This document shows positions 62,878 to 64,000 of a stretch of 64,000 nt of DNA, piece after piece. Under the pieces are notes generated by a model, which was not told the DNA's origin, searched no databases, and saw only the letters and a list, made by a program, of their open reading frames with translations. Source of the DNA: an uncultured archaeon (lineage in GTDB: Archaea; Asgardarchaeota; Thorarchaeia; Thorarchaeales; Thorarchaeaceae); NCBI GenBank assembly GCA_964558645.1, contig CAZLEV010000007.1, positions 104,254-168,253 on the forward strand. The letters are read 5' to 3'. How positions within the stretch are numbered: the first letter of the stretch is position 1; every line of letters begins with the position of its first letter. The translations under genes and the position numbers were made by a program.

Positions 62878-63030
62878 ATGACAGATGAAATAGATGAAGG
62901 CCTGCTCAACCTCCTTGAGATGGTTGTCAGGTGCTATGACTGCTGACTATCCTGCGGCGCTCATTTCGTCGTTGTGGACGATGAGGGTCGCGAGATTGTC
63001 CGAAAGGAGTTAGTGACTGGCGGCGGATGA
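62878..63030 (+). CDS. vhuU: VhuU-like selenopeptide MTDEIDEGLLNLLEMVVRCYDC(U)LSCGAHFVVVDDEGREIVRKELVTGGG
   Basis: AGGTGA SD and ATG 62878; TGA 62944-62946 falls at the Ni-ligand position of the L2 motif missing from MvhA. Confidence 0.9.
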
Positions 63031-63096
63031 AAGTCCGGCGTAAAGATGTGAGCCGGGTTGGACACGCCCCGCAAGGGCGCGTCGGTCGCACTCCTT
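63004..63096 (+). promoter_or_regulatory. SECIS-like structured RNA
   Basis: AUGAA…GGAC core, 8-bp AGUCCGGC/GCCGGGUU stem, AAA in the loop and a long closing helix. Confidence 0.7.
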
Positions 63097-63177
63097 GAAT
63101 CCTTTGTTTTGCTCAAGATGCAAGATGCATAGCAGAGTATATGAGCACAATCTCCATACGAGAGATGAGAAGAGAGA

Positions 63178-63330
63178 ATGACCAGCTCGGTTCCTACCCA
63201 AGTGAAGCTCCGGAGGGACTTCGACCAGATACGAACAGGAATACGAGCAAGGCGATACACAGGGCACGAAACTCTATTGATGGGTCTCAGGCTTTCATCG
63301 CTGGCTCTTCGCATTGCTGGTGAGAGATAG
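63178..63330 (+). CDS. Small basic protein upstream of the nucleotidyltransferase (antitoxin-like)
   Basis: Open 50-aa frame MTSSVPTQ…RIAGER ending 1 nt before the next ATG; too short for the ORF track. Confidence 0.5.
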   Translation: MTSSVPTQVKLRRDFDQIRTGIRARRYTGHETLLMGLRLSSLALRIAGER

Positions 63331-63331
63331 A

Positions 63332-63910
63332 ATGGACGAGTTTCGAAACGCCCTGGAGTTGGTTTCTGGATATCTTGACAGCGAAGGAATCGAATACGTG
63401 ATTGTTGGGGGGGTGGCGGTAATGTTTCATGGTGTTCCTCGAACTACAGTGGATATCGACATTATTCTGGACATTGGCGAAGATGAGATCAAGCCATTTG
63501 TTGAATTCCTGACCTCGCACGGCTTCGTTGCTTCTGTCGAAGATATGGAAGCAGCACTCAGAGAGGGCTCACTTTGCACAGTTTTCTTTAAAGATAGCCT
63601 GCTTAGACTAGATATCCAGGGTGTGAACACTGAGTTCGACAAGTTGACCCTTGAACGCGCAATCCGGGTGGATTTGTTTGGTTCGAACATACGACTGGGT
63701 TCGGTGGAGGACACTCTCATTAACAAGATTCTCTTTCAGGGAGAACAGGACCTGCGAGATGCACTAGGCATCTTCTCACGGAAGACAGGACAACTGGACC
63801 TCGAATACATTGATTCAACATGTAGAATGCTGGATATCCTCCAGGACTGGAAACGTTTCTCGACCGATGCGATAGCGAAAATCGACGCTATGGATGAAGG
63901 CGAAACGTAG
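63332..63910 (+). CDS. Nucleotidyltransferase (DUF6036/AbiEii-like)
   Basis: YVIVGGVA…PRTTVDID and K…QDLRD motifs. Confidence 0.8.
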   Translation: MDEFRNALELVSGYLDSEGIEYVIVGGVAVMFHGVPRTTVDIDIILDIGEDEIKPFVEFLTSHGFVASVEDMEAALREGSLCTVFFKDSLLRLDIQGVNTEFDKLTLERAIRVDLFGSNIRLGSVEDTLINKILFQGEQDLRDALGIFSRKTGQLDLEYIDSTCRMLDILQDWKRFSTDAIAKIDAMDEGET

Positions 63911-64000
63911 AGATTCGTGCCACTTTGGGCAGGCCCCGAAAGAGCGTGCCAGCCGCATTCCGTCTTTCCTTGAAGAATCTAACTCCTCACGAACGACTTC

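Noticed and set aside
62961-63314. 117-aa minus-strand ORF
   Set aside because: Antisense to vhuU and its SECIS, with no recognisable motif
1-64000. CRISPR arrays, rRNA, tRNA and intact IS elements
   Set aside because: None recognised by eye; the repeats found are intragenic coding duplications

Overview
Gene-dense archaeal DNA, most likely from an Asgard archaeon and Thorarchaeota-like. This assignment is an inference from the NosD/Ig-like surface proteins, the Hdr-Mvh cluster, the Sec-type VhuU with a eukaryote-like SECIS and the MtaA/corrinoid genes. From left to right the window holds: a nitrilase, a GlcD/GlcF-type dehydrogenase, an ECF S-component, a CBS+HPF-like protein, a split Cwh43-like pair, three surface proteins, PhoU/TrkA-C and MgtE, a SAMP/MoaD gene and an E1/MoeB gene flanking a nine-gene shikimate-to-tyrosine operon, two aminotransferases, a beta-propeller surface protein, a corrinoid methyltransferase module, a membrane helicase next to a giant membrane protein, a HdrABC-MvhDGA(U) cluster and a nucleotidyltransferase pair. 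Four signals are missed by the ORF track. (1) A 26-codon Tyr-rich leader peptide (…YSGYYSYYL*) with alternative 1:2/2:3/3:4 pairings and a U-tract lies upstream of the Tyr operon, suggesting ribosome-mediated attenuation in an archaeon. (2) A UGA-recoded selenoprotein VhuU has its stop codon inside a eukaryote-like SECIS core. (3) An in-frame TAG splits a 2049-codon membrane protein. (4) aroA appears to start at CTG.
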